A stretch of 58,805 nucleotides of DNA, the filler included, from Callorhinchus milii (lineage: Eukaryota), in the NCBI RefSeq assembly GCF_018977255.1. It is 2 parts of 2 records of this genome, joined end to end, with 100 filler letters (N's around TTAATTAATTAA, not from the genome) between each part and the next. Parts side by side here need not be neighbours in the genome. Positions count along the whole stretch, not along the records: positions 1 to 29,377 come from NW_024705651.1; 1 more part is not named here. The stretch is one strand, 5' to 3'. Under the pieces are notes generated by a model, which saw only the letters and a program-made list of their open reading frames with translations, made no database searches and was not told the origin of the DNA. The position numbers and the translations under genes were made by a program. Shown here piece after piece: positions 1-12,039 of this stretch. Positions within the stretch are counted from its first letter, which is position 1, and the number at the start of each line of letters is the position of its first letter.

Positions 1-313
1 CCCAACCCCCCACAATCACCCCCCAACCCCCCCACAATCACCCCCAACCCCCCCACAATCACCCCCAACCCCCCCAATCCCCCACCCCCCCAACCCCCAC
101 ATCACCCCCACTCCCCCCAACCCCCCCCCCCACCCCCCACCATCACCCCCCAACCCCCCCACCATCACCCCCACCCCCACCATCACCCCCCAACCCCACC
201 CCCACCATCACCCCCAACCCCCCACAATCACCCCCAACCCACCCCCCCCACACCATCACCCCAACCCCCCCCCAATCACCCCCCAACCCCCCACACAATC
301 ACCCCCCAACCCC
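1..313. repeat. C-rich degenerate minisatellite (CCCCCAACCCCCACAATCA-like)
   Basis: Imperfect 17-22 nt units of C-runs separated by AA, ACAATCA or ACCATCA; G-quadruplex-prone on the minus strand. Confidence 0.85.
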
Positions 314-807
314 CAGTTAACAAACAATAATAATAAATAAATAATCTTTAATAACAGTAGTAATAATCCTGGTGAGGGGGTCTTAAAGCGCTTCACAGGA
401 CACACCAGAGAGCGTAGTGACTGTTAGAGAGGGAGGGAGAGAGAGCAAAGTGGGGGAGAGAGGGAGCAGAGGGAGGGTGGGGGAGAGAGCAGAGGGTGAG
501 AGAGTGAGTGGGGGGGAGAGAGAGCAGAGTGGGGGGTGACAGAGTGGGAGGTGGGGGGAGAGAGCGCGCGGAGGGAGAAAGGGAGGGAGTGAGAGAGTAG
601 GGAGAATGCAGTGAGAGAAAGGGTGGGGAGAGAGAGAGAGAGAGTGGGGGGATTGAGAGAGAGAGCCCTGGAGGAGAGAGAGAGAGAGAGCGCGGAGGAG
701 AGGAGAGAGAGGGAATGAGAGAGAGAGAGTCAGAGGCTAAGACTGAAGGTTGACGAGCGAAGCTAATGTCTTTCTCTCTGTCCCGTTCTCTCTCTCTCTC
801 TCCGCAG

Positions 808-1130
808 GTCCTGATCGGACTGAGATCAGATGAGAAACAGTGGCCGTTCGTCGATCACAAACCGGGGATCGATTCTCTCAGACTCTGTCCTCACTCCAAC
901 AGCACTCCTCACACCTCTACAGTCCCCCCACACACACACACAGAGACACACACACACACAGAGACACACACACAGAGACACACACACAGAGACACACAGG
1001 CACAGACACACAGGCACTCAGAGACACAGGCACACAGAGATACACACACACACACACAGACCCCTCACAGTCGCACATGAACCGTTTTATTTTCTTATGT
1101 AATAATAAACCCACCTTAAAGTTTCACTCG
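808..1130 (+). other. Probable terminal exon of an unidentified upstream gene
   Basis: Branch-like GCTAAT at 762, long pyrimidine tract, CGCAG acceptor ending at 807, AATAAA at 1104-1109. Coding phase unknown. Confidence 0.45.
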
Positions 1131-1644
1131 TGTCTCTAACCCTGTGTGTGTGTGTGTGTCTAACTGTGTGTGTCTCCAACCCTGTGTGTGTGTGAGGGAG
1201 TGTGTGTGTGTCTCTCACCCTGTGTGTGAGGGTGTGTGTGTCTCTCACCCTGTGGGTGTGTGTGTGTCTCTAACCCTGTGTGTGAGGGTGTGTGTGTCTC
1301 TAACCCTGTGTGTGTGAGGGTGCGTGTGTCTCTAACCCGTGTGTGAGGGTGTGTGTGAGGGTGTGTGTGCAGCGAGGCCGAGATCTATGAAGTCACACAA
1401 TGTCCCTCACACACAAACTCTCCTTATACCCTCTGTGACATAACAGAAACCTCTTGTGTCCGTCTGCCCCGAACGATCGCCCCTCACCCCCCAACCCCCC
1501 ACCAACCCCCGCCCCCTCCCCCAAACCCCCACCAACCCCCGAACCTCAACACAGGCTCCAGCCAACACACCAACCCCACACAGACACCGTCCATCACCAG
1601 CCGTCAACCCAACCATCTCACACTCCACGCAACTCGACCCACAG

Positions 1645-1805
1645 GTACTGGGAGTGCGGACGCACAGTGTGGAGGGAGCTTTACTGTGTCTCACCCTGAC
1701 CTGGGAGTGTAGTGACTGTGTGTCACTGTGTCTCTCGCCCCGACCTGGGAGTGCAGTGACTGTGTGTCACGGCGTCTCTCACCCTGACCTGGGAGTGTGG
1801 ACGGA
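1645..1805 (-). repeat. 54-bp minisatellite, degenerate copies
   Basis: Reverse complement of the ACACTCCCAGGTCAGGG...CTCCACACTGTGCGTCC unit seen at 4281-4648. Confidence 0.75.
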
Positions 1806-2189
1806 TGGTGCGATGGGATGGAAGGCTCTCTCTCTCACTCTCTCCATCTCCCTCAGTCTCTCCCCCCCCACCCCCCGCTTTCAGTTTCTCTTCGAGTCTC
1901 TTTCTGTCTCACTCTGTCTCTCTGTCTCACTCTCAATCTTTCTGTCTCACTCTCTCCTACTCTCTCTGTCTCAGTCTCTCAATCTCAGTCACTCTCTGTC
2001 TTAGTCTCTCGATCTCAGTCTCACTCTGTCTCTCTCTCTCTCCATCTCTCAATCCCAGTCTCTCCCTCTTGTCTCCCAATCCCAGTCTCTCTCTCTCTCA
2101 CTGTCTCTCAATCTCTCCCGATCTGTCAGTCTCTCTCCGTCTCAGTCTCTCCCGATCTGTAAATCTCTCTCTCTCAATCTCAGTCTCTC

Positions 2190-2260
2190 AATAATAATAA
2201 TAATAATCCTTGCATTTGATATAGCGCTTTTCACGTCGGGAGGACGTCCCAAAGCGCTTC
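2190..2260 (-). mobile_element. SINE 3' tail fragment
   Basis: (AAT)n-CCTTGCATTTGATATAGCGCTTTTCACGTCGGGAGGACGTCCCAAAGCGCTTC, identical to the tail of the SINE at 44198-44508. Confidence 0.85.
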
Positions 2261-2344
2261 TTGGTCTCTCTCTCTCTCTCTCTGTCACACTCTCTCTCTC
2301 TCCCTCTCTCCGCCCTAGGGGGAGAGAGAGAGAGCGAGCGAGCG

Positions 2345-2742
2345 ATGCCGTTGTACCAGCTCTGGGGCCGCTGGTCGCCGCTGGACGAATGTTTCGAGTG
2401 GATCCGTGAGAAGGTGGCGCAGTCGGAGCCGGAGCCGGAGTCGGAGCCGGGTTCCTTGGCGACCCCGGACCCCAGGCCCCCGCCGCCCGGAGAGAGGGAA
2501 CGAGACGGGCATCGGGATGGAGGGGAGGCCCCCGGCCGACCGGCCGTCTACCGCAGGGTCCACCACCGGCCCCCCAGGCCGGCCTCCGAGCGCCCCTTCA
2601 ACCCCGTGGTCAGCCGCCCCCTCCAGCTGCCCACCCTGTCCACCAGCGCCCACCAGGACGACGTCGCCAAAGTCCTGCACACCCTCCAGCTGATTCGGGC
2701 TCGCAGGGAGCACGCCCGGGAGGGGGCGGGGCTGTTCCCGGG
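2345..2742 (+). CDS. First coding exon of an uncharacterised protein (MPLYQLWGRWSPLDECFEWIREKV...)
   Basis: CpG-rich, non-repetitive ORF from ATG 2345 with high GC3. Ends at a GG|GTAGGG donor (2743) or reads into TAG 2744-2746. May splice to 4233 (GGG-TAA, with AATAAA at 4264) or to the exons at 5964-8196. Confidence 0.55.
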
Positions 2743-3790
2743 GTAGGGGTCGAGCCCCACTTCCCTACCCCCACCTCCTTCCCTCGCCCGCCCTCCCTCC
2801 CTCCCATCCTCCGCGAGTCTCGCTCTCTCTCTCTCTCCCCCGCTCGTTCCTGGTCTCTCTTTCTCTCGCTCTCTTTCTCCATCCTTGCTTATCTCCATCC
2901 ATCTCTCTCTCTCTCCCTCCCTCCCTCTCTCTCCCTCCTTCCCTCTCTCTCCCTCCCTCCCTCTCTCTCTCCCTCCTTGCTTAGCTCCAACCATCCATCT
3001 CTCGCCCTCTCTCGCGTAACTCGTCTCTCGATTCCCTTCTGTCTCGCTCGCTCTCTCTCTCCTCCGCTTGTTCCTTGTCTTTCTCTCTCCCTCCTTCCCT
3101 TCCTTCCACCCATCTCTCTCGCTCCCTCTCGCTTATCTCCTCTCGATTCCCTTCTGTCTCGCTCTCACCCCCCACTTCTTTGTCTCTCTCTCCCTCCCTC
3201 TTCTCCCCCCGTTCGCTCCTTCCTTATCTCCATCTCTCTCTCGCACGTTCCTTATCTTTCTCCATCTCCCTTTCTTATCTCCGTCTATCTCACACCCCTC
3301 TCTCCCTCTCGTTCCTTAGCTCTCTCCCTCCCCCACACTCTCTCGTTCTTTCTCTCTCTCGTTCTTTCTCTCTCCCCCCTTTTCTCTCTCACTCCTCATT
3401 TCTCTTCCTCGCTCTCCCTCTTCTTCCTCGCTTATCTCCATCCACCCCTCTCTCGTTCCTTATCTCGGAGAGAGGGAGCGAGGAAGGGAGGGAGGGGAGG
3501 AGTGTAAGAGGTTCGAATCTCTCCCAGGTAATAATCCCTCAAAAAAAATCATAATAAATTGGTCACTCAACTCAATCCACGGCTGTTTGTGGGGACGTCG
3601 CTGGGCGCAATTGGTTGCCGGATTTCGCTTGCAAAACGCACAGTCACTACACTTGACGGTGTGTCCTGTGAAGCGCTATTCCCGACCAAATTCAATCTAC
3701 ACCAATCACGACGATTTGCGCCCCTCAAACTCGACCTCAACAGAACGGCTGAACAGGCTTGAGGGGCTGAATGGCCTCCTCCTATTCCTG

Positions 3791-4165
3791 CAGGTTAGGG
3801 GTTAGACCCCTCCCTCGCCTCGCGAGCCAGAGGACCCGGGTTCGATTCCCGGGCGGATCAGGTCGGGGCGAAACCTTAGGGAAGTTTCCTTACTCCCCAC
3901 AGACACACACACACACTCACAGACATACCCACACAGACAGACAGATGCACACATACACAGACACACACACACACACGCGCCTGTGTCCCCGGCAGTCAGT
4001 CGCTTGTCAGGCGATTTGGGGATCACTTTCCGGGGGCGACAATCCCTTCAAAACAATAATAATTCGGTCGCTTCAGCCCCCGACTGTTTGTGGGGACGTC
4101 GCCGGGCGCGATCGGCTGCCGCGTTCCGCCCGCAAAGTGCACAGTCACTACACCCGACAGCGTGT
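3791..4165 (+). mobile_element. tRNA-derived SINE (head and body)
   Basis: GGGGTTAGACCCCT head, B-box GGGTTCGATTCCC, GGCGAAACCTTAGGGAAGTTTCCTTACTCC, and the shared body TGTTTGTGGGGACGTCGC...CACAGTCACTACAC. Confidence 0.8.
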
Positions 4166-4280
4166 CCCTCCACCTCAATTTCAGTCTCTCTCTCTCTCTC
4201 TCCCAACGTCATTTCTGTCCTCTTTTGAACAGGTAAAAAAATCTTTTTAACTCATGAGCGTCAAATAAAGCCACTGTCTG

Positions 4281-4648
4281 CACTGTGCGTCCGTCCACAC
4301 TCCCAGGTCAGGGTTAGAGACACAGTAACACTCCTCTACACTGTGCGTCCACACTCCCAGGTCAGGGTTAGAGACACAGTAAAGCTCCTCTACACTGTGT
4401 GTCCACACTCCCAGGTCAGGGTTAGAGACACAGTAACGCTCCTCTACACTGTGCGTCCACACTCCCAGGTCAGGGTTAGAGATACAGTAACGCTCCTCCA
4501 CACTGTGCGCCCACACTCCCAGGTCAGGGTTACAGACACAGTAACGCTCCTCTACACTGTGCGCCCACACTCCCAGGTCAGGGTTACAGACACAGTAACG
4601 CTCCTCTACACTGTGCGCCCACACTCCCAGGTCGGGGTTAGAGACACA
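4281..4648 (+). repeat. 54-bp tandem minisatellite (about 7 copies)
   Basis: Unit ACACTCCCAGGTCAGGGTTAGAGACACAGTAACGCTCCTCTACACTGTGCGTCC; gives the 18-aa periodicity in the ORF track. Confidence 0.92.
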
Positions 4649-4814
4649 ACCTCATAATACTTTGTCACAAAGACTGCAATCATATCGTCATGAGGATATC
4701 TCTCTCTCTCTCCTCTCCCTCTCTCGCACAAACACTCCCACTCCTCACTCCCACAGGAGAGAGTTTGGGGAATTCAGGTCCTAATCAACAGGTATGTGAA
4801 TTAATCTGTTGATC

Positions 4815-5408
4815 TGTGGAGTCCCTGTAGCTCAGGGGTTAGACCCCTCCTCACACCCCACAGCCCCTGTAGCTCAGGGGTTAGACCCCTCACACCCCAC
4901 AGCCCCTGTAGCTCAGGGGTTAGACCCCTCCTCACACCCCACAGCCCCTGTAGCTCAGGGGGTTAGACCCCTCCTCACACCCCACAGCCCCTGTAGCTCA
5001 GGGGTTAGACCCCTCCTCACACCCCACAGCCCCTGTAGCTCAGGGGGTTAGACCCCTCCTCACACCCCACAGCCCCTGTAGCTCAGGGGTTAGACCCCTC
5101 CTCACCCCACAGCCCCTGTAGCTCAGGGGTTAGACCCCTCCTCACCCTCACACCCCACAGCCCCTGTAGCTCAGGGGTTAGACCCCTCCCCTCGCACCCC
5201 ACAGCCCCTGTAGCTCAGGGGTTAGACCCCTCGCCTCGCGAGCCAGAGGACCCGGGTTCGATTCCCGGGTGGGTCAGGTCAGGGCGAAACCTTAAGGCAA
5301 GTTTCCTTACTCCCCACATACACAGACACACACACACGCACAGCGACTCAACGACATGTTAAGGCGCTGTATCAAACGCAAGGATTATTATTATTATAAT
5401 TATTATTA
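4815..5408 (+). mobile_element. SINE with tandemly amplified 5' head (10 copies of about 42 bp)
   Basis: Ten CCTGTAGCTCAGGGGTTAGACCCC units, then the B-box, GTTTCCTTACTCC and a short AAGGATTATTATT tail. Confidence 0.85.
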
Positions 5409-5720
5409 AGAGCTCATTAACCCTCTCTCTCTCTTTCTCTCTACACAGTATTGCTTCTGTGACTTGTTCAGATTTAAAGAGTCTCTTTCTCCCTCCCTCT
5501 CCCTCCCCACCCCATCTCTCTCTCTCTCTCCCCCTCACTCACTCTCTCTCTCTCTCTCACGACCATTTCTGGGAGGGAGAGTTTGCGTGTGAGGGAATCT
5601 GGGTTCGACAAACTTAAGCGATTGCCTCTAATCGATCATTCCTCCTGGACGGTCATAATGCCTGGACTCAGATCACCTCACAGGCTCCAATATTTCAGGT
5701 GCATAAGATTAAAGCTCATC

Positions 5721-5945
5721 TACACGGTGCGTCCGTCCACACTCCCCAGGGTCAGGGTTACAGACACAGTAAAGCTCCTCTACACTGTGTGTCCACACTC
5801 CCAGGTCAGGGTTAGGGACACAGTAACGCTCCCTCGACACTGTGCGTCCGTCCACACTCCCCAGGGTCTGGGTGAGGGACACAGTAAAGCTCCTCTACAC
5901 TGTGTCCACACTCCCAGGTCAGGGTTAGGGACACAGTAAAGCTCT
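5721..5945 (+). repeat. 54-bp minisatellite (about 4 copies)
   Basis: Same unit as 4281-4648. Confidence 0.85.
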
Positions 5946-5963
5946 AACCTGTTACTTGCACAG

Positions 5964-8196
5964 ATAGGATGGGACAGGGAGACTGTAAGTCAGATCTGAC
6001 TAAGAGAGATGTGACACCAGTTTCCAAATTCTCCTCATCCTCTGCCTTCTGCTGCACACAGTGTGGGAACGTAAGTACACACACAGTCACACACACACAG
6101 TCAGATACACACACACAGATACATGCACACATACAGAGATACACACACACACACACACATATATATATAGTCAGATACACACACATATACACACATATTC
6201 AGAGATACACACACACAGTCAGAGATACACACACACATATACACACAATCAGATACACACACACATACACAGTCAGAGATACACACCCACACAGTCAGAT
6301 ACACACACACATACACAGAGATACACACACACATACAGAGATACACACATATACAATCAGATACACACCCACAGTCAGATATACACACACAGTCAAGATC
6401 ACACAAGAGATACACACACATACACAGTCAGATACACACACACATACAGAATCAGAGATACAGACACACACATACACACAGAGACCCACACACATACACT
6501 AACGTGTACAGTCTCTCTCTCTCTCTCACGCTCTCTTACACATTCCCTCTCTCCTCCCAGGAGCCCGACGACGAGAGCCTGGGCTCTGGGACCCCCCTGG
6601 GGGCCCGTAATGAGGACCCCCGGCTGGGGGAGCAGTGGGCTGGCTACCAGCTCCTGGAGTATTACTGTCTCTCTCGCTCCGAGCTAACGATACAGGGTCT
6701 CTCGCCCTCTCCCTCTCCCCTCCCTCCTTCCCCTCCTCTCTCTCCCCTCCCTCCTTCCCAGTCTCCCCTCCCTCCTTCTCCCGCTAGCTTTCGTCCATCA
6801 CCCCCCCTCTCTCCCTCTCCCCTCCCTCCTTCCCCCCCTCTCTCTCCCCTCCCTCGATCCCCCCCTCTCTCTCCCTCACTCTCCCTCCTCCCTCCATACC
6901 CCCCTGACTCCGTCACCAACCAGTTGCTGCCCACACACAGGGGGCATGAACAAGGTAAGCCCCCCCCACTCTCTCTCTCTCCTTCTCTCTCTCTTCCCTC
7001 TCATACTCTCTCTCACAGTCACTAACACCTTCTCTCTATCTCTCCCTCCCTTCCCCAACACCTGCTTTCTCTCTCCCTCCATTCTCCAACACCATCTCTC
7101 TCTCTCTCTCTCTCTCTGTCACTAAATCTCTCTCTCTCTCTCTCTCACACAGTCACTAATACCTTCTCTCTCTCTCAGTCACTAACACCTTCTCTCTCTC
7201 TTTCTCAGTCACTAACACCTTCTCTCTCTCTCGTCTGCAGACGCCTCCGCCCACAGGTCTGAGCCCCTCCCGGGGCCGGACAGGACCGGGGCCGGGACCC
7301 CCACCACCCCTTGGCCCCGGGAGACCCGCGGGGGCCCGGCCCGGGCCTCTGGTTCACTGTTGCGCGTCCAGAAGACCTCGGTGGTGGAGCTGATGTCCCC
7401 CCCACGGCCCTCACCCGTCTCCCTCCACCTCACCCTGACCACCATCGTGGAGCACAGGCGCCCCCCGACCCGGGCCTGGGCCCCGGCCTCGCCCCCACCC
7501 GGGCCCCACCTCAGCGCCCCGACCCTCTCTCTAACCGAGCCCCGGGGCCCGAGGCCCGAGACCCCGCCCCGGTCCGAGACCCCCCTCTCCCAGGCCGCGG
7601 TGCCCGGCTCGCCCCGGGCCACAGACGGCGACTCGTCGCCCCGGACCCTGACCCTGACCCTGGCCTCGGCCCCCAGCGAGGCCCAGGCCACCCCCACTCC
7701 CACCCCCACCCCCACCGGGCCGGGGGGGGATGAGAAATCCAGCCCCAGGCCTCAGCCCCTGAGCCGGACCTCGGTGGACCGGGTGCTGGACACCTCGCTG
7801 TGGGTGGTGGAGCATTTCCGGGGGGAGAGGGTCGGGGTCGGGGGGCGCGGAGTCAGGGGGTGGGGGATGGGGGGACGGGGCCTGAGCGACTGGGGCCTGT
7901 GCAGCTCCCACCGCCCGCCGCTGCTGGACCTGGACCCCCAGGACGAGGCCGTTTTGGGGCTGTTCCCCCGGGAGGAGGGGGAGGGGGGGGGGGGGGGGGA
8001 GGGGGAGGTGGGGGTCACCCCGGGCTCCAGGCTGGTCTGGGTGCCGGTCAGTGACGCCGAGTTCTGGGCGGCCTTCTACTTCGAGGGGCCGCGGGAGGCC
8101 CGGGAGCTGCTGGCGAGGAGGAGGGGGAGGGGGGGGGAGTGGGGGGTGAGGGAGGAGGGGGGGAGTGGGGGAAGGAGGGAAGGAGACAGCGGGTAA
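5964..8196 (+). CDS. Uncharacterised proline-rich protein, exons 5964-6070, 6561-6954, 7241-8196
   Basis: Canonical acceptors (TGCACAG, TCCCAG, CTGCAG) and donors (GTAAGT 6071, GTAAGC 6955). Phases are compatible (0, then 1), giving one open frame to TAA 8194-8196. Last exon is CpG-rich with high GC3. Confidence 0.6.
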
Positions 8197-8781
8197 ACGG
8201 AGGAGTGTTGGACGCGAATACAACAAAAAAAAGTTTCTGCTTTAATGTTCCCCCTTTTTCGTGGAGTTATTGGGGGTTAGAGAGGGGGTTGTGGGGTGTG
8301 GGGGTTGAGTTTGCGTCGCTCCCTCCCCCTCTCTGCACAGTCACTACACCTCTCTTTCTTCCTCCATCCCTCTCTCTCTCACGCTCGCACACAGTCACTA
8401 CACCGCTCTCTCTCGCTCGCTCTCTGTCACTACACCTCTCTCATTCTCGCTCGCAGTCACTACATCACTCTCTCTCTCGCAGTCACTACACCTCGCCCTC
8501 TCCCCCCCCTCTCTCGCGCAGTCACTACGCCTCTCTCCTACCTTCTCTCCGCCTCGTTCCCTCTCTCCTTCGCTCCACCATGCTCCCTCGCTCAGAGTCG
8601 CTGCGCCTCCATCAGGAGGACACTAACATCAGCTCCACGAGGGGACACTATCTCCAGCTCCACTAACTCCAGCTCCGCGAGGGGGACACAAACTCCAGCT
8701 GCACCAGGAGGACACAAACTCCAGCTCCACAAGGGGGACACAATTCTATCTCCGCGAGGGGGGGACATGATTTCAGCTCCA

Positions 8782-11700
8782 TCAGGGGGACATAGTTCTA
8801 TCTCCGCGAGGCGGACACGATTTCAGCTCCGCGAGGGGGACACTCAGGCTGATGCGGCCTCGCTTGGTGTAGTGACTGATCCGCGACTCCAGGCCCTCGC
8901 AGCGTGGACGATCCATCAGGCGCTTGTAGCTTCGCGACTGGACGCCCTGGGTCAGGCCTGAGGCCTGAGCAGAGAGAGAGGGGAGAGCGAGGGACCAGGG
9001 AAGGGGCTTCTCTTCATCATCACCATCACCATCGTCTGTAACAGAGAGAGAGAGAGAGAGAGAGAGTGAGAGAGAGACTGAGAGATACCCACACACACAG
9101 ACAAGCAAACACACACACCTTGAGTCACACACAGACACACACCACACACTAAGAGACTGAGTGAGAGAGGCTGAGAGATACCCACACACAGACAAACAAA
9201 CACACAGACACACACACTGAGTCTCACACACAGACACAGACAGACCCACACACACACTGACATACATTGAGAGACCGAGTGAGAGAGACTGAGAGATACA
9301 CACACACACTGAGTCACACACACACACTGAGCCACATATATACACAGTGAGACACACACAGACACAAGAGACACACACACACGCAGACAGACACGCACAG
9401 AAACACACACACACACACACAGAAACACACACACACAGACAGCCACCGACTGTACCTGCTCTCTCCTGTCTCACAGTCTGGTTCAGGCGCTGTAACATGC
9501 GGAACACGAGCTGTGACTTGGTAACGAAACACGTCCACATCCTCTGTAGCTCTGTGACCGTCAGGGAGAGAGCCTGACTGTCAGCCACCCAGCGCACGTC
9601 TCTCTCACTGTACGCACACTCATCCAGGATCAGGGGGTAATCTACAGCCATACTGCGGGCGAGGGAGAGAGGGAGAGAGTGTGAGAGTGTGAGAGAGAGA
9701 GTGAGAGTGTGAAAGAGGGAGTGAGAGTGTGAGAGAGAGTCTAAGAGGGGGGTGTAATCTACAGCCATACTGCGGGCGAGGGAGTGTGAGAGAGTGGGGA
9801 CACAATCTAACACAGCTCCGCCGCAGGGACACAGCTCAACTGTGGGGACACAACCTAATACAGCTCTGCCGTGGGGACACAGCCTAACACAGCTCCGCCG
9901 TGGGGACACAGCTCCGCGCTGGGGCCCCCTCACCTGTACTGCGGTTTCTCCGGGTTGGTCTCCACGTCTAACAAGCGCTCGACGACCTGAGGCGTCTCGA
10001 GGCCCCGACCGACCAGCAGCAGCACCGCCATCATGCAGCGCACCTGGTGGTACAGGAAAGCCTGGCCTCGCACCCGGAACTCCCACAGCTGGTACCCGCT
10101 GCCCAGGCTGTTGCCGTCGCTGTTGGCCGGCCTGACCTCCGAGGCCAGCACCGTGCGGACGAAGTTGACCACCCCGTTGGCCACGTCCATCTTGCAGAGG
10201 TTCCGGAAGTCGTGCGTCCCCCTGTAGCCCTCGGCCGCCCGGCCCATGGCCCCCACGTCCAGCCCGGCTCGGGGGAACAGGTAGCGGTAGGTGCGGTGCA
10301 GGCAGCTAAAGCGGGCGCTGAACTCGGGGCGGACGGGGGCCCAGGCCAGGACCCGGATGTCGGGGGGAAGGACCCGGTTTAGGATGTGGACGTAGCGGAT
10401 TTCGTCCTGTTCCGCGGCTTCGTCTGGGTTTGCCTCGGTGTCTCTCACTCTGTCTGATTCTATGACTGTGTCTATGACTCCGTCTGTGTCTCTGATTCTG
10501 TCTGTGTCTCTGTCGGTGTCTCTGTTGCTGGGTTTCACCCCCAGTCCCCGAGAGAGGTTCGAACGCAGATCTAGGGAGATTACCTGAAAGAGAGAAAGAG
10601 AGAGTGTGTGAGAAGAGAGAGAGAGACAGAGTGTGAGAGGGGAATTGAGTGAGAAGAGAGAGAGAGAGAGAGAGAGAGCGTGTGAGAGGGGAATTGAGTG
10701 ACAGACAGAGTCAAATAATGTGAGACGGAGAGAAATAGAGAGCGAGTGTGTCTGAATGAAACAGAATGAGAGAGAGAGTGTGAGACAGAGACGTAGAGAG
10801 AGAAAGAAACAGACTGACTGACAGTCAGGAGATAGCGAGAGACTGAGTGACAGAGAAAGAGTGTGACACCGAGAGATCGAGAGTGTGAACGACAGAGGGA
10901 GAGAGAGAGAGAGAGAGAGAGAGCGTGAGAGACAGTGAGAGACTGGATGACAGAGAGACACAGAGACAACACAGAGAGAGACTAAGTGACAGACACACAC
11001 ACACACACAAAAACCGAATGACAAATAGAGTGATCTCTCTCTCTCCCCACTTCCCAACCCACTCTCTCGCTCTTAACCCATTCTCTCTCTCCGCACACAC
11101 TCTCACTCTTTCCCCGTCCCACACACACTTTCTCTCTCTCTCCCCACTCACTCTCTCTCTCCCCACTCACTCTCCCCACTCTCTATCTCCCCACACTCTC
11201 TCTCTCCTCATTCACTCACTCACTCTCTCTCCCCACTCACTCACTCTCTCTCCCCACTCTCTCTCTCTATCTCCCCACACTCACTCTCTCTCTCTCCTCA
11301 CTCACTCTCTCTCCCCACTCACTCACTCTCTCTCTCTCCCCCCACTTCCCCACTCGCGCGCTCCCCCTCTCCCTCGCTCTGACCTGCCCGAAGGCGCTGA
11401 CTCCCTTGTCGGTGCGGCCGCTGCGATGGTAAGAGGCCGAGTGCCTGTTCTCCACGAGCCGGGTCTTGCTCAGGGCCTCGAACAGCTTGTCCTCCACGGT
11501 GTTGCTGGTGTTGTCCTGGGCCGCGAACCCCTGATACTCCCAGCCCAGGTAACACAGCCTCAGGGCCACGTGTCTCCGGCCGTGGGCAGAGAAGTCAAAG
11601 GGCCGGCGCTGGCGAGACTTCCCTCTGCGCTGGGGCCGAGCTGCACCAGGGGGACACAGCCCAGCTCCACCAGGGGGACACTGGAGCCCAGCTCCACCAG

Positions 11701-11986
11701 GAGGACACTGGAGCCCAGCTCCATCAGGAGGACACAGCAGCCCAGCTCCACCAGGAGGACACTGGAGACCATCTCCACCAGGGGGACACTGGAGACCATC
11801 TCCACCAGGGGGACACTGGAGACCAGCTCCACCAGGGGGACCCTGGAGACCAGCTCCACCAGGAGGACACGGCCCATCTCCACCAGGGGGACACTGAGCC
11901 CCACCGCGGAGCCTCTCCACCTCCCGCTCCAGCTCCCGGACCCGCTGCACCAGCTCCTCGCGGCTCAGAGCCTCCGGAGCCGCCAT
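8782..11986 (-). CDS. PUS3: tRNA pseudouridine(38/39) synthase, TruA family
   Basis: Exons 11986-11384, 10583-9934, 9652-9456 and 9035-8782 with GT-AG boundaries; 1704 nt, 567 aa. Motifs YLGWEYQGFA, GRTDKGVSAFGQV, FSARFSC, GTHDFRNLCKMD, FLYHQVRCM, KPQYSMA, LMDRPRCEGLESRI. ATG 11986 has a perfect Kozak context (GCCACCATGG); there is an in-frame upstream ATG at 12040. Confidence 0.95.
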
Positions 11987-12039
11987 GGTGGCGGTTGGGA
12001 CCCGCTGTGGAACTTCCCGCTCGTGGCCGGGTGCCGCCA

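Noticed and set aside
5944..6060. Minus-strand exon QKAEDEENLETGVTSLL...
   Set aside because: The plus-strand reading has stronger splice sites and fits the phase of the next exon; I found no minus-strand partner exons.
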